A stretch of 63,843 nt of DNA, filler included, from Octopus bimaculoides (GCF_001194135.2; 5 parts of 5 records of this genome joined end to end with filler, not necessarily neighbours in it); one strand, 5' to 3'; numbered from the whole stretch's first letter, positions 13,436-27,974 are shown. The notes: generated from the sequence alone by a model not told the origin. Translations and numbers: made by a program.

Positions 13436-13451
13436 TTACTACTACTACGAC

Positions 13452-13501
<50 letters not shown>

Positions 13502-14664
13502 TTAGTGACCTCAGAAGTGTTACAAAAAGAAAACTGGAGCATTATAGTTGATTTAATAACAAACAAAAAAAATATGAATAAAACGTGATGAATATACCTG
13601 GGCCTACAACTTTACACGTCGTCCAAAAGGCAGCTCTGCAAGGCATGACCCACATCTTACATAATATATTCTTTCAATTCAAGAGCACAACTCAAGCAGT
13701 AACCACACATGCTCCACAACACATGCTCCACAAACATACATACATACATACATACAGTCGTATATAATTAATAACCAACTCTTTAACACCAATAACTCAA
13801 GCAGATCACATTCCACACAGTTGCTATAAGTGCATCACAACCCATGCAGTCTATACATTAGGGATCAATGGGCTTTTCACATTACTGACCCCCACTGCAC
13901 TTCATGGATTCGTTAGTTTGTTGGTCCCCAAATTCTCTTATCTTCTACGCGTTTCAGCCATTAGACTTGTAGCCATGCTGGAGCACCACCTTGCAGAATT
14001 TTTAGCAAAACGAATCAACCCCCAGCACTTATTTTTTTCTAAAGCCTGGTACTTATTCTATTGGTTTCTTTTGCCAAACCGCTAAGTTATGGAGATGTAA
14101 ACACACCAACATCAGTTGTCAAACGATGTTGGGGGGAGAGGACACAAACCCACACACACACACACACACACAAGTATATTACTTTTATTTCTTTTACTTG
14201 TTTCAGCCATTTGACTGCGGCCATGCTGGAGCACTGCCTTTAGTCGGACAAATCGACCCCAGGACTTATTCCTTGTAAGCCTAGCACTTATTCTGTTGGT
14301 CACTTTTGCCGAACCGCTAAGTTGCGGGGATATAAACACGCCAANNNNNNNNNNNNNNNNNNNNNNNNNNNNNNNNNNNNNNNNNNNNNNNNNNNNNNNN
14401 TGATGATGATGATGATAAATGTTGATGAGAAGAATCGAGTTTACAGTTGGTTAGTTTCCTTAGAAACAGGATACAAACCCACACACACACACACACGCAA
14501 CTATAAACCATGCCAGTCTCACTTATCACTCAATCTCTGTTCTGACTCTTCAGATAAGCTTCTGAAACACTTCCCCATTGTCTCAGAACTCACAGTAAGT
14601 TTACAGGGTTTCAACAGATTTCTAAGAAAGAAATCGCTTCTTTCATGATTCCTTTCACCCATTT

Positions 14665-14704
<40 letters not shown>

Positions 14705-14917
14705 AACCATTTTAATGTCATAGGAACATCTGAGGTCACGGTAGTCGTGGCTTAACCTCAAATCAACCACAATTGTAACCATTCCATCTATTTATGGTTT
14801 TTTTTTCCCTCCTTAAGGAGAGAAGGGTAACACTCATGGGTCTTTGTGTTTATCAGGGTTTTCATGACTACAGGAAGGAAGAAAAGAAGTTGCCCTTATA
14901 AAGAAGACCTGCCCTGA

Positions 14918-15170
14918 ATGATTGCAACAAACTGACCCCAACTAAAAGCACCAAGTAGGTGTTAAACAAGACAATAAAAGGTACCTACTCCACAACCGCA
15001 TGATACAGGGTACTTATATTTACAGGAGACTGAATCCTGCTAAAGATACCCAGAGAAAGCAAATGAAGCTGTCAAGCCAGGAGATAAAGAGTACCTACTC
15101 TACAACCAGTTAAAATAGGGTTTCTATGCTTGCAACAAACTGAACCTAAAGATACCTAAGGACCAGGTGA
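14918..15170. repeat. Degenerate tandem repeat, period about 105-110 bp
   Basis: gtacctactc(c/t)acaacc at about 14981/15091, ctaaagatacc at about 15040/15148, ttgcaacaaactga at about 14922/15130. Confidence 0.65.
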
Positions 15171-15184
15171 TGTATTAATTTTAC

Positions 15185-15500
15185 CTGCTTGCGAAGACCT
15201 GTTGGGGCAAGTGAAATCGTAAATGAACCATGCACGATGACTGGTCACTGCGCCAGTGGAGCACTAACAGCACTGCCTGAGCGTGTTCATTGCCAGAGCA
15301 GCTGTCTGGCTTCCGTGCTAGTGGCCCGTAAATAGCACCGTTTGAGCGTAATCGTTACCAGCGTTGCCTTCTAGCAAATTATTTGAGCGAGGTCGTTGCC
15401 AGTGCCGCTGGACTGGCTCCCGTGCAGGTGGCACATAAAAAGAACACAATTTTGAGCGTGGCCGTTGCCAGTACCATGTGACTGACCCTCATGCCGGTGG
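15185..15500 (+). mobile_element. Body of family C retroposon with internal repeats, truncated by gap
   Basis: Repeated ttgagcg..gtcgttgccagt units; cacataaaaag motif shared with the 30830-31078 copy. Confidence 0.5.
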
Positions 15501-18500
15501 NNNNNNNNNNNNNNNNNNNNNNNNNNNNNNNNNNNNNNNNNNNNNNNNNNNNNNNNNNNNNNNNNNNNNNNNNNNNNNNNNNNNNNNNNNNNNNNNNNNN
15601 NNNNNNNNNNNNNNNNNNNNNNNNNNNNNNNNNNNNNNNNNNNNNNNNNNNNNNNNNNNNNNNNNNNNNNNNNNNNNNNNNNNNNNNNNNNNNNNNNNNN
15701 NNNNNNNNNNNNNNNNNNNNNNNNNNNNNNNNNNNNNNNNNNNNNNNNNNNNNNNNNNNNNNNNNNNNNNNNNNNNNNNNNNNNNNNNNNNNNNNNNNNN
15801 NNNNNNNNNNNNNNNNNNNNNNNNNNNNNNNNNNNNNNNNNNNNNNNNNNNNNNNNNNNNNNNNNNNNNNNNNNNNNNNNNNNNNNNNNNNNNNNNNNNN
15901 NNNNNNNNNNNNNNNNNNNNNNNNNNNNNNNNNNNNNNNNNNNNNNNNNNNNNNNNNNNNNNNNNNNNNNNNNNNNNNNNNNNNNNNNNNNNNNNNNNNN
16001 NNNNNNNNNNNNNNNNNNNNNNNNNNNNNNNNNNNNNNNNNNNNNNNNNNNNNNNNNNNNNNNNNNNNNNNNNNNNNNNNNNNNNNNNNNNNNNNNNNNN
16101 NNNNNNNNNNNNNNNNNNNNNNNNNNNNNNNNNNNNNNNNNNNNNNNNNNNNNNNNNNNNNNNNNNNNNNNNNNNNNNNNNNNNNNNNNNNNNNNNNNNN
16201 NNNNNNNNNNNNNNNNNNNNNNNNNNNNNNNNNNNNNNNNNNNNNNNNNNNNNNNNNNNNNNNNNNNNNNNNNNNNNNNNNNNNNNNNNNNNNNNNNNNN
16301 NNNNNNNNNNNNNTATATATATACACACAAATATATACACATATAAACACACACATATATACATACACATATACACATATATCTATACATACACACACAC
16401 ATATATACATACACATATACATGCACACATATATATACATACACACACATATATACACTTACACATACACATATACACACACATACACATATACACACAC
16501 ATACATATATATATATACACATATATACACACACCTATATAAATATACATATACACAAACACACACATATATATACATATACACACATACACCCATAAAC
16601 ACAAAGAAACACACACACACACACACAGATATACGTGCACATACACAGGGTTATCAAATTACAACTCAATTTATTCATAGAAAAACTAGAGAAGAGAGGT
16701 GGGGGGGGGAAAAGGCTGAAAACCAAAAACCTTGATATCATAAGCACAAGTTCATCCATTTCAGATGTTTTGGGGAGGTCGTGATGAAGGTAGGAGGAGG
16801 AAGTTTTACAGGCTGGTGGGTTGGTCCAGGGCTACAAAATACAACTGGGGTCTCAAGGGTGGAATGACAGAGAAACGGTTTGATGTAATCTCATTTAACA
16901 AGCAAGTTCTAATATCATGACAAATTGTTTCGTAACTTAAAAACATGTAAATAATTTTTATTATATTTATACTTACATATCCGCATTGATGCAAAATGCA
17001 GAAAATCCTTCAAACTAATGCAGAATTTAAGCTTTTTTTTTTTATGACTACCACTGCATTACTTGAATCCACATATGTTTACTTAAATATATATAGAGAT
17101 GGATGGATGGATGGATGGATAGATAGATAGATATAGATAGATAGNNNNNNNNNNNNNNNNNNNNNNNNNNNNNNNNNNNNNNNNNNNNNNNNNNNNNNNN
17201 NNNNNNNNNNNNNNNNNNNNNNNNNNNNNNNNNNNNNNNNNNNNNNNNNNNNNNNNNNNNNNNNNNNNNNNNNNNNNNNNNNNNNNNNNNNNNNNNNNNN
17301 NNNNNNNNNNNNNNNNNNNNNNNNNNNNNNNNNNNNNNNNNNNNNNNNNCGATCTGGATGGATAGATAGACAGACAGACAGACAGACAGAAAGACACACA
17401 CACACACATTCAACCATACATACATACTTACATACATACATACATACATGCGGGCACATGGCTAGTGATGAGGGTGTTGAACTCAAGATCACAAGATTGT
17501 AGTTTCAATTCCTAAATCGGGTGGCGGGTTGTGTTCTTGAGCAAAACACTTCATCTCATGTTGCCTTGTGATCACTTCAACACCTGACACAGGGTACACC
17601 ATGCACCCATTCAGGCAACATCGGTTTGATGGAGGGAGAGAGCTAATGAGCAGCACATACCTTTGATTACTATAAACAAACTATTTGTGCAGATCATTCG
17701 GCAAAAGCTGAACACTTAGATGTTGTTCGTAAAATATGTCACGGTGAGTGAGAGGTGGAATAAAGTGATGCAAGAGGGGAGATTGATCATGGATGAAGAA
17801 TTGCCAATTTATTTTGAAACTGGCATCAAAAAAGTCCAATTCCACAGTTTGGCTGCTCATTAGAGGTTATTAATGGAGACAGAATTTAAAACATCAATCA
17901 CTATGTTACACACACACACATTCACTTAACACAAATTTGCTTGTCAGATAAATTTATTCGCTTCTTGTTCTTGTTCTTTTTTTTTTTACTCAATTCAAAT
18001 AACAGTGGAAAGAATTAAAATAAATGAACACGAAAAATACTTTTATCACAGCGTTTTATGATGTTTTCATAAAAATGAGTAACCCTGCGATGGACTGGCA
18101 TCCCATCCAGGAGGGGAATTTATACACCATGGAAACCAGGAAACCGGCCCTCATAAGTCGGCATGACCCGAGAAGGTAACTTTGTTATTATCTTTACCTT
18201 TGCAATTATCTTTACCTTCACCATGCTTTGCAGCCACAAATGCCTGTTGGCCACATGAGTGCTTGCTGTAGCATTGTCTTTAACTTAGTTGAGGCACATT
18301 TGCTGCTTTTCCATGGACGTTCTTGCCATGGTGAGCTACATGTCCTAATTTCTTTCTCACATGTGGCTTCATCAGAAATCTGACCTCCAAGAATCTGACC
18401 TACAATTCAACCTGTTCAAGCTGGTTGAATGATAATGAGGTGCCAAGTATTAAACAAAAAAAAAAAGAAAAGGACTTATTTATCTTTCAACCCCATCTAT

Positions 18501-18995
18501 TTCATTTACATACCGACAAATTTACATACATATGAGCACATCAGGAAACTATCAAAACACACACACACACATTCATTTTCATTTATGTGCACACACCCAT
18601 CTACATACATATACGTACACCAGAAAACTTTATCAAATACAAACACACACACACATTTACTCACCAGGTATGTATATTCATTTAAATGCACACAAATACA
18701 TATACGTATAGTAGGGTTAACCAAAACCTTGTGAGAGGATTTGGTAGACAGAAACTGAAAGAAGCCCATCATATTTGTGTGTTTGTGCTCTTCCACTATC
18801 TGACAAGCAGTGTTGGAGTGTTTACATCCTCATAACCAAGCAGTTCAACAAAAAGAGAGCAATAAAATAATTATTAGATTCAAAATAAATAAAAAAGTAC
18901 CAGGGCTGATTCGTTTGACTAAAATTCTTCAAGGCGGTGCCCCAGCATGGCCACAGTCTAATAACTGAAACACATAAGCGCTAGAAGATAAAATC

Positions 18996-19036
<41 letters not shown>

Positions 19037-19504
19037 ATTTTTTCAGACACATACATTAGTCAGAAAGTTTTACACACATGCACACAATCCCACACACACA
19101 CACATGCACACGATCACACACACACATGCACACAATCACACACACACACACAATTGCAGGGTTAATGCACATGTGTGCACGTATGTGTGCAGAGAGGCTA
19201 AAACTGCAGGAAGAACAAGAAAAAAAAGAAACTGGAAAATAATAAAATAAAACAAAGATAATAAGGGTAGAGACTTCATACTGAGTGAACCGATGAAAGG
19301 GGTGGATGTTGGAAGCAGACACAGGGCATACTATGTGAATCAATGAAAGGGGTGGCTGTGGAAGGGTTACAGAGACACAGTGAGAAAGGAAAAGGTATGT
19401 GACCTGAGAACATGTTTATTGTTTGAATAGCAAAAAAGGGAGAACTCCACCCTTCTACCTATGTCATTGTGGCTGGCAGGTATGGGCTGATGTTTGGGGT
19501 GGTG

Positions 19505-19945
19505 GGGAAGAGAGAGAGAGAGGGGGAGTGCAGTAAAGAGAGTGAGCAACAGAGAGAGAGAGAACGCAACAGAGAAAGAAAGAGAGAAAGAGCAAGGGAG
19601 GGAGAGGGGGATAGAAAGTAATAGAGAGCAATAGACAAAGAGAGTGAGCAAGTGACAGAGTAATACAGTGAGAGAGAGAGAGATCAACAGAGAGGGAGAA
19701 AGAGCAACAGAGAGAGAAAGAGCAAACAAGAGAGAGAAAGAGCAACAGAGAGAGAGAAAGAGCAACAGAGAGAGAGAAAGAGCAACAGAGAGAGAGAAAG
19801 AGCAACAGAGAGAGAGAGAGAGAGAGAGCAACAGAGAGAGAGAGAAAAAAAAACAGAGAGAGAGAGAGAGAAAGAAAGTGAGAAAGAGTAACAAAGAAAG
19901 ACGCAGACAGGCAAAGAAGCAGACAGACAGACAGACAGACAGACA
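19505..19945. repeat. Purine-rich (GA) tract with 20-bp minisatellite
   Basis: agcaacagagagagagaaag perfect x3 plus partial at 19741-19810, with degenerate copies either side. Confidence 0.9.
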
Positions 19946-20221
19946 GCCAGAGCTTTGGATATTGTGTCAGCCAGCCTAAGTAGGGGAAACCTTTAAAATA
20001 CATAGTAGGGAACAGAAGCAAAGCCTTATGTAATGATTTAATATAAGGGTTTATGAAAGGGATTCCCACTCCCAGCAATAAGAGAAGGGACAGGTATAAA
20101 ATTTAGGGTAACGCTGGAGAGAATAATGAAGGGGTACAATAACTAAGTCTGGTTTATCTTGGAGTACAGAAACATGGTGTATTTCATGATATAACTGTAA
20201 GAGGTAACCTCTCCATGGTCT

Positions 20222-20507
20222 CTAAATGACTAGAAATAGCAGCCAAATCTTCCTTAGGTCACACCAACTTACTACCTGGCTCTCCGTGTTGTTGATCCGA
20301 TTAATGTGCAAGTGGCTGAGCGTTCCACAGACACTCGTATCCCTGATGTAGTTCTCAGGGAGATTCAGTGTGACACAGAATGTGACGAGGTTGGCCCCTT
20401 TGTAATTACAGGTACAGCTCATTTTTTGCCAGCTGAGCGGACCGGAGCAACAAGAAATAAAGTGTCTTGCTCAAGGAAACAATGTGCCACCAGGAATCGA
20501 ACTCACA
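20222..20507 (-). mobile_element. SINE family F, head truncated just beyond the B box
   Basis: Same body as the 9190-9570 copy; ends caggaatcgaactcaca (reverse B box) and abuts the tRNA. Confidence 0.75.
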
Positions 20508-20572
20508 TGGTCTAGTGGTTAGGATTCTTGGCTTTCACCTAGGCGGCCCGGGTTCGATTCCCGGCATGGGAA
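20501..20572 (+). tRNA. tRNA-Glu(TTC): tRNA-Glu(TTC), 5' acceptor strand replaced (probable pseudogene)
   Basis: D arm tggtctagtggttaggatt, anticodon arm CTTGG-CTTTCAC-CTAGG, T arm CCGGG-TTCGATT-CCCGG and 3' acceptor CATGGGA-A are intact. The 5' strand is ACTCACA instead of the expected TCCCATG (4/7 pairs). Confidence 0.85.
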
Positions 20573-20578
20573 CGCATG

Positions 20579-20582
20579 TTTT
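20579..20582 (+). terminator. Pol III T4 terminator after tRNA-Glu
   Basis: TTTT 6 nt after the discriminator base. Confidence 0.55.
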
Positions 20583-20585
20583 AAT

Positions 20586-20640
20586 GGTGGTGCCCCAGCA
20601 TGGCCACAGCTCATGAGCTGAAACAAGATAAAATGAAAAC
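20586..20640 (+). mobile_element. CR1-type 3' tail (stem-loop) directly after the tRNA
   Basis: ggtggtgccccagcatggccacagctcatgagctgaaacaagataaaa; near-identical start to the CR1 3' UTR at 51740-51790. Confidence 0.7.
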
Positions 20641-21751
20641 AAAATTATAAAATGATATATATATACAACAGGCTTCTTTCAGTTTCCGTCTACCAAATCC
20701 ACTCACAAGGCTTTGATCGGCTCGAGGCAATAGTAGAAGACACTTGCCCAAGGTGCCATGCAGTGGGACTGAACCCGGAACCATGTGGTTGGTAAGCAAG
20801 CCACCTACCACACAGCCACCCTTGCGCCTGGGTGTATGAAAAAAAAAAAAAGTAAGGATGGTAGCCATGGCTGGATTGTCTTTTGATCACAGGACTGTTT
20901 GATCGGGGTCGGCCTGTGGTTAAACAAGAGCAGTGACATTTGCAAAGTCGAAACTGTGCTAAGCAAACAGAAGCATGTGTGTGCGTATGTTTGTATGCGT
21001 ATGACTGTGTACACATCCATATACATACATACATACACAAACACACACATAGACACACACACATCAGAATAAACAAAGAACCTAATGTATAACTTTCATT
21101 TTATGGATTATTGATCTCGAATGGAACTGTAATCAATAACCTAAGCCGAGCAAATAAGGTTCCGTGTTCATTTGGGTGAAGTTACACTAGTTGTTGTAGT
21201 AGTAGTTTAACACCAGCTCAAGCTCTAGATCAAAAAACATCCCAGCCATGACAAACCACCCTGTCTCATTTTTTTTTTTTTTTAAAATATAAAGAACATT
21301 TAGGGACCACATATCCCCTTTCCTTGTGTATAAATACAGTAGGTCGAAAAGGATTCGAGCAAGAACTGGAGTCGATCTGCACTGTTATTTTTAGCACATC
21401 AAACAGTAATCTCGAAGAACAGTTGGAGGGCCCTACATGTTCCTTTGATGTTATGATGTATAATTTCCACGAGAGGAAACACAAAAATACAATAAAACTG
21501 TTAATGTGCAAACATGCACACACACTTGCACATACATACATACGTGTGTGTATAAGCATATAGATAGATGCATAGTGGGTGCACAAAAGCCTCAATGACT
21601 GTGTACATAGTATTGATCCTGGTCACCCAAAATAGCAGCCAGTTGCCGGTTTTACTAGGAAAACATGTATAGAATACACACATATATACACATGTACATA
21701 TGTGCATGTATGTGTGTGCATGTGTGTAGTATACATGCAGATATATGAGCA

Positions 21752-21835
<84 letters not shown>

Positions 21836-22055
21836 CATGTATGTGTGTGTGTATATATGTATATATATATACATGCAGATATATGAGCGTGTATATAACC
21901 TTTTGACAACATCCCACAAGAAGCCTGCCTCCACCTCTCTCGCTCTCTCCTTTTCTCTCTTTGTCTTCAGTATAATTTACACTGAAACAAAAACAAAGAA
22001 TGTATATGAATGAATATAGGTGTGTATATATATGTGTATATATGCACATTTATGA

Positions 22056-22108
<53 letters not shown>

Positions 22109-22259
22109 TCTATACATATATACATATATTATACATATGCATATATATATACTATATATACACACACGCAGACACACATATATATATACTATGTACACAT
22201 GTACATACATATACATACATATGCATACATACATACATACATATCCATACATACATACA

Positions 22260-22343
<84 letters not shown>

Positions 22344-23787
22344 GACACATACACATATATATACATATATAAAATCAATAGCTAACATGTGTGCTCCACG
22401 TTACATTGAATCATCTTTCTCTCTCTCTCTCTCCCTCTCTTTTTCTCACATTGTACATAAGAGTACTCCCTCCTCCTCCTCTACCACTACTTCCAGGAAG
22501 TTAATAGAATCCAGTAACAAACAAGTTTAACCCTTGTGCAACCACATTTCTAATGAAATAACACTGCAAGGCTGCTTTTTTCCCCATTAAACAATATCAT
22601 GGATGCACCGAGAACATCAACGAAAAGGAAGCAGTTTTTTGCTCTCTGCATTTTTTGTAATTTTTTTTTCCCCCAGGGTTCAACTAACCATTCCTAACTA
22701 CTGTGCCCCAGCATGGCCGTAGGACAGTGGCCATGCTGGGGCACAACCTTGAAGGGTTTAGTCAAACAAACTGAGCCCCCACTCCCAGTCCTTATTTTAA
22801 AATCTGCTACTTATTGATTTTTTTTCTCCCCGCCCCTTGCTGAACCGCTAAATTACGGGGATGTAAACAAACCAACAGAGGTTATCAAGTGGAGGTGGTA
22901 GTGGTAATGATTATGGTGATGGTAGTAATGGGTACAGATACACACACACATATACTTACATAAAACAGGCTTCCACACAGTTTCCATCCACCAACATCAC
23001 TCACAAAGCATTGCTCAGCCTGGGGCTATAGAAGTAGATATCGCCTAGGTTCCATGCAATGGGATTGAACCTGAAATCATGTAGCTTCAGAGCAAGCTTC
23101 TTAACCACACCCGCATACTTGCGGTTTACAGTATTATAACGGGTGTCGGAGGGTGGTGGGATATTCTTTTATTTTTTTACTTGATTAAGTCATTTGATAA
23201 AATAAGTACAAATTGAGTAATAGAGCCAATGTAATCGACTAGCCCCTATTTCTCTCCTGAAAGTTCAGGCCTTGTGTCTATAGCAGCAAGCATTATTCAC
23301 TTTGAACTAGCATTAAAAATCAGGTCATCGATAATAATAAATGTCAAATTCTGTCTGTGCATCCATCCGGAATCGCTATATCTCAGTCTACATTTGCTGA
23401 ATGTAGACAGATTATATACTTTTTTTGGAATCTACCCTTCATTTGGTTCTTAAACACCCAGCATTGGGATAAGGTCTGGATGAGGATTCGTTATATGCTA
23501 ACAGCTGAGAAAGACAAAGACACGCACATGTATGTATGTATATTGTGTGCGTGTGTGTGTCTTTCAGTCTCTATCTACCACAATGCTTTGGTTAGCTCAC
23601 AAGGCTTTGGTCAGCCCAAAGATATAGTAGAAAACACTTGCCCAAGGTGCCACACAGTGGGATTGAACCTAGAACCTTATAGCTGGGAAGCAAACTTCTT
23701 ACCACACAGTCACACCTGCTCCTTACAAAAATATTTTAAAAAATCACCCTTCATTCTATACAAGAAGTTGAGTCTAAATTATCTTCT

Positions 23788-24014
23788 TTGACCCTTTGAT
23801 GTTCAGGTTATTCTACCAAATGTAATATCAATTTATTCACATTGTTTTCAACTAACCATGCATCATCTCCTATCCTTGAGATTTCGATGAAGTGATTGTT
23901 TAATGCAGAATGACATTGTAGGGTAGATGTGAGAGGCTGGATCTGGTCAGTTTGAACATAAAGCAAATGGAAAATTTTGGCTGGATACGGCCAGTTTAAA
24001 TGCTAGAGGGTTAC
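23788..24014. mobile_element. Possible piggyBac-like MITE
   Basis: Ends ttgaccctttgatgttca / taaatgctagagggttac resemble degenerate TTAA-CCCT termini. Confidence 0.35.
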
Positions 24015-24361
24015 GGCACCCAAACCTTCCTTTTTTCCTGACAATGTGCTGCTTTCACTTGGGGCCATGGACATCATTTCAGAAGAATTTGTTGCATGAA
24101 CTTATGACAAGAAATTCTCAATTTAAATATACAAAAACATGAATGCTTTAAAACAAAGGGGTTTTTGAGCATCGTTGGAAACGAACTAGAGGTAGTCTCA
24201 GGTGGTTTGATAATCGAAAAGTTTTTTTAAATGTCATTCAGAAACTAGCAGGCTTAAGCCTTTTTAAACCATCTCCCCAAGGGTCTCTTTTTCTCTTCCT
24301 CTTGGTCTCCCTGGAATAATTTACAATAAAACACTGCAGAAAATATATATATTATACATAT

Positions 24362-24397
<36 letters not shown>

Positions 24398-24424
24398 GCA
24401 TATATGTGTGTATATATATATGCA

Positions 24425-24485
<61 letters not shown>

Positions 24486-25730
24486 NNNNNNNNNNNNNNN
24501 NNNNNNNNNNNNNNNNNNNNNNNNNNNNNTTAATTAATTAANNNNNNNNNNNNNNNNNNNNNNNNNNNNNNNNNNNNNNNNNNNNCTCTAGGCAGTGCCC
24601 CAGCATGGCCACAGTCCAGTGACTGAAAGAAGTAAAAGATAGAAGATATATATGTCTGCTTTCATATGTGAATGTGGTGTATGTAAACTTTTACTTGTTT
24701 CAATCATTAGACTGTGGCCATGCTGGGGCACTGCTACCTTGAAGAATTTTTTGTTGAATGAATCGACCTCAATTCTTATTTATTATTTTTGAAGCCTTGT
24801 ACTTATTCTGTTGGTCTCTTTTGCCAAACTGCTAAGTTACAGGGACGTAAACACACCAACAACAATTGTGAAGCAGTGGTGGGGGACAAACACACACACA
24901 CACATGATAGGCTTCTTTCAGTTTCTGTCTACCAAATCCACTCACAAGGCGTTGGTCGGCCCAACACTGTAGTAGCAGACACATGCCCAAGGTGCCATGC
25001 AGTGGGACTGAACCTGGAACCATGTGGTGGGAAGCTAGCTTCTTACTACAAACACCTCTATCCAACAAATATCTCTACCTTCCCTTGAGGTAAGAGAATC
25101 ATATTTTGTTGTTTAACTGTAATTCTATTCAGTTTACAGCGATTATTTTTGTCCCAGTCTCAGGGATTTGTTAGCTTGGGTGGGCCCTTGACTTCTTCTT
25201 ACAAACATGCTTCAACTTGGTGTCCTTTTACGTTTGTTTGCCGGGCTCCCTCCAAATTTTTTTTTTTTTTTTTTTTGCCATTTTTGACCTGTTTAGTTTT
25301 TATTTTATTTTAATAAACTGCAACCCTTGATAACACCTACAGCTACTACTTTTACTACCACCACCGCCGCCGCCACCACCACCACCACTACCACCGCCAC
25401 CACGCCACTGCCACCACCATTGCCGCCGCCTCTGTTACCATCATCACCATCATCATCGCCATTGTCATTATCGTTGTCGTCATCATCATAATTATACTTA
25501 ACTACTTTTAAGTCATTGTTAAAGCTGTCACCACACTGCCTGCATCATCATCTTCATCATCATCATCATCATAATTCTCATAATTGTTACCATTCTCTCA
25601 ACTATTTCCATAAATATTAAAGGCCTATCATTAAATCTGTCACCTTAAGTCACTCCACTAGTGCTATGATTACCACCACCACCACTACCACCACCATTGC
25701 AACCTCTACAGCTATTGTTCTCAATGTGTG

Positions 25731-25765
<35 letters not shown>

Positions 25766-26660
25766 GTGTATGCATATTTTCAACATTTATCTTTCTCACC
25801 CCCCCCCCCCCCCTCTCTCCAAAAGACCCTGAGTATGTTGCAGGAGTCACTCACTCTGTCTTACTTAGAAGTTAATTTAAAGAACTGGGATGAAGGTACT
25901 ATTTTAGGAAGAGACATGTGGTACTGGCAATAACAGTTGTGATGGCTGGTGTAGGTTGTGGTAATACTGGTAGTAGCGTTGGTGGTGAGGGTTGGGTCTA
26001 ATAATGCGATGCGCCTGGTTTTAAATTACTGTTTATACAATTCCTTCTATCTGTAGTTCGCAAACTGTTTCACTTATGTTTCTTTTTTTTTTTCTTTCAA
26101 CCAAGTTAGCAGTGTCACATTTCAGTATATTAGACTATTAGCAGCATGTGTTCTACCTTTCTGTTATATCTAGGACTACAGAAGTGTAGTTCATAGATAT
26201 AATTGGATTACAGATGTGTCTGTGGCATAGAGTATTTTAAAATATGGTTATGGTTTGGTTATGGTATAATTAATTTTACAGGAAAGTAATGTTAGTTATA
26301 ATATTAGTACCAAATATTACTGAACAGTAATATTTGGGTCTGTACACTGAAACTTAGAAATAAATTCATCATTGTCATCATATATTGTTAAAACTAAACA
26401 CTCTCTACTATATTATATATGTATATATCATCATCATCATCATCATCATCATCGTTTAACGTCCGCTTTCCATGCTAGCATGGGTTGGACGATTTGACTG
26501 AGGACTGGTGAAACCGGATGGCAACACCAGGCTCCAATCCAATCTGGCAGAGTTTCTACAGCTGGATGCCCTTTCTAACGCTAACCACTCAGAGAGTGTA
26601 TATATATTAGTATAAAAATATCTCTTTGTGTATGTATGTGTGTATGTGAGAGTGTGTGTG

Positions 26661-26698
<38 letters not shown>

Positions 26699-27304
26699 GA
26701 TATATATACCATCATCATCATCATCATTTAATGTTTGTTTTCCATGCTGGCATGGGTTGGAGGGTTTGACTGAAAATTGGTAAACTGGGGAGCTGCACCA
26801 GGTTTCAGTCTGATTTGGCATGGTTTCTACAGCTGGATGCCCTTCCTAATGCCAACATCTCCAAAATTTGAGACCAATATTATACATTATTGGTTTCAGA
26901 TTTTTGGCCCAAAGCTAGCCATTTTGGAGGAGGGGGTAAATTGATTACAATGACTTGAGGGTCCTGTTCATGGTGACTCTTCAGATGAAGGTGCTAATAA
27001 AGAATTATCTAAAATTCTGGCTACCTCCTTTTTGTTCATATATAAAATCTGTACATCTCTTCAAATAATCTGTACATATAAGTGTGTTGTGTGTGTGTGT
27101 TTGTGTGTTATAGACAACTCTCGGGAGTCATACAGACAAGGCTAAGGCTAAGGCTAAGCACTTTATGGATGTGAAACCATCAGACACTTTATGACCTGCC
27201 ATATAATTAACCTTCTGTAAATATGTTACTGCTCTTTTAGAGTGCTTCTTTTTCAGATACGTGATCCACTGATGATACGCACGCACACACACACACACAC
27301 ACGC

Positions 27305-27925
27305 ACGTTCTGATCAATAAGTATCCGGACTGTTGCCACAGTAATGAAGCTAGAGCACACAGAGTGAAGCTGCTTGGCAAAGATTGACCTTGAACTCTGC
27401 TGTGCATGTGCACTAAGTTTTAATGTTCTAGGTCACTTCTGCTGTTTACAGCAGTGCTTTGAAGGAAGGTGTGTAGTATGTGATTGTTGTATTGACCATG
27501 ACAGAAAAAGTTGTCATGGCGATACTCGCTCAAAGGCCTATGCAAAGTTGCAGAAAGTGTATGGAGAGTGTATGCGTCACACACAAGTGTACGAGTGGTT
27601 CAGACGTTTCCAAGATGGCCGAAAAATGTCGATATTGATGAACGTTCTGGGAGACCCACAACCAGCAGAACTGAGAAAGACATCGCAGATGTGTATGCAG
27701 CTCTGAGGGGAAATCATTGAATCACCATCCATGAGTTATCAGAGGATGTGCAGATTAGTTACGGCTCAGTTCAGTCCATTATCACTGAAGATTTGGATAC
27801 GAGATGTGTGTCTGCCAAGTTTGTGCCAAAACTGCTTTCAGCTAACCAAAAAGACACTTGGCTCTCAGTTGCACAAGATCTCCTTGATTGTGTTGAGAAC
27901 AATGAAAATTTGGAAAATTTTGTGT
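27305..27925 (+). mobile_element. Mariner element, 5' part (TIR plus HTH region of transposase)
   Basis: KAYAKLQKVYGECM..TQVYEWFRRFQDGRKNVDIDERSGRPTTS...ITIHELSEDVQISYGSVQSIITEDL..CVSAKFVPKLLS (GRP and WVPHEL-like motifs), with frameshifts. Confidence 0.9.
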
Positions 27926-27974
27926 AGACCTCTGAGCAGGTGTTGCCAAGCTCTTGGCAAAATTTGATGCAGAT

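Noticed and set aside
24530-24541. ttaattaattaa islands inside N runs (also 56350, 59317, 62761)
   Set aside because: An identical 12-mer with stops in all frames, centred in gaps: an assembly spacer, not biology.
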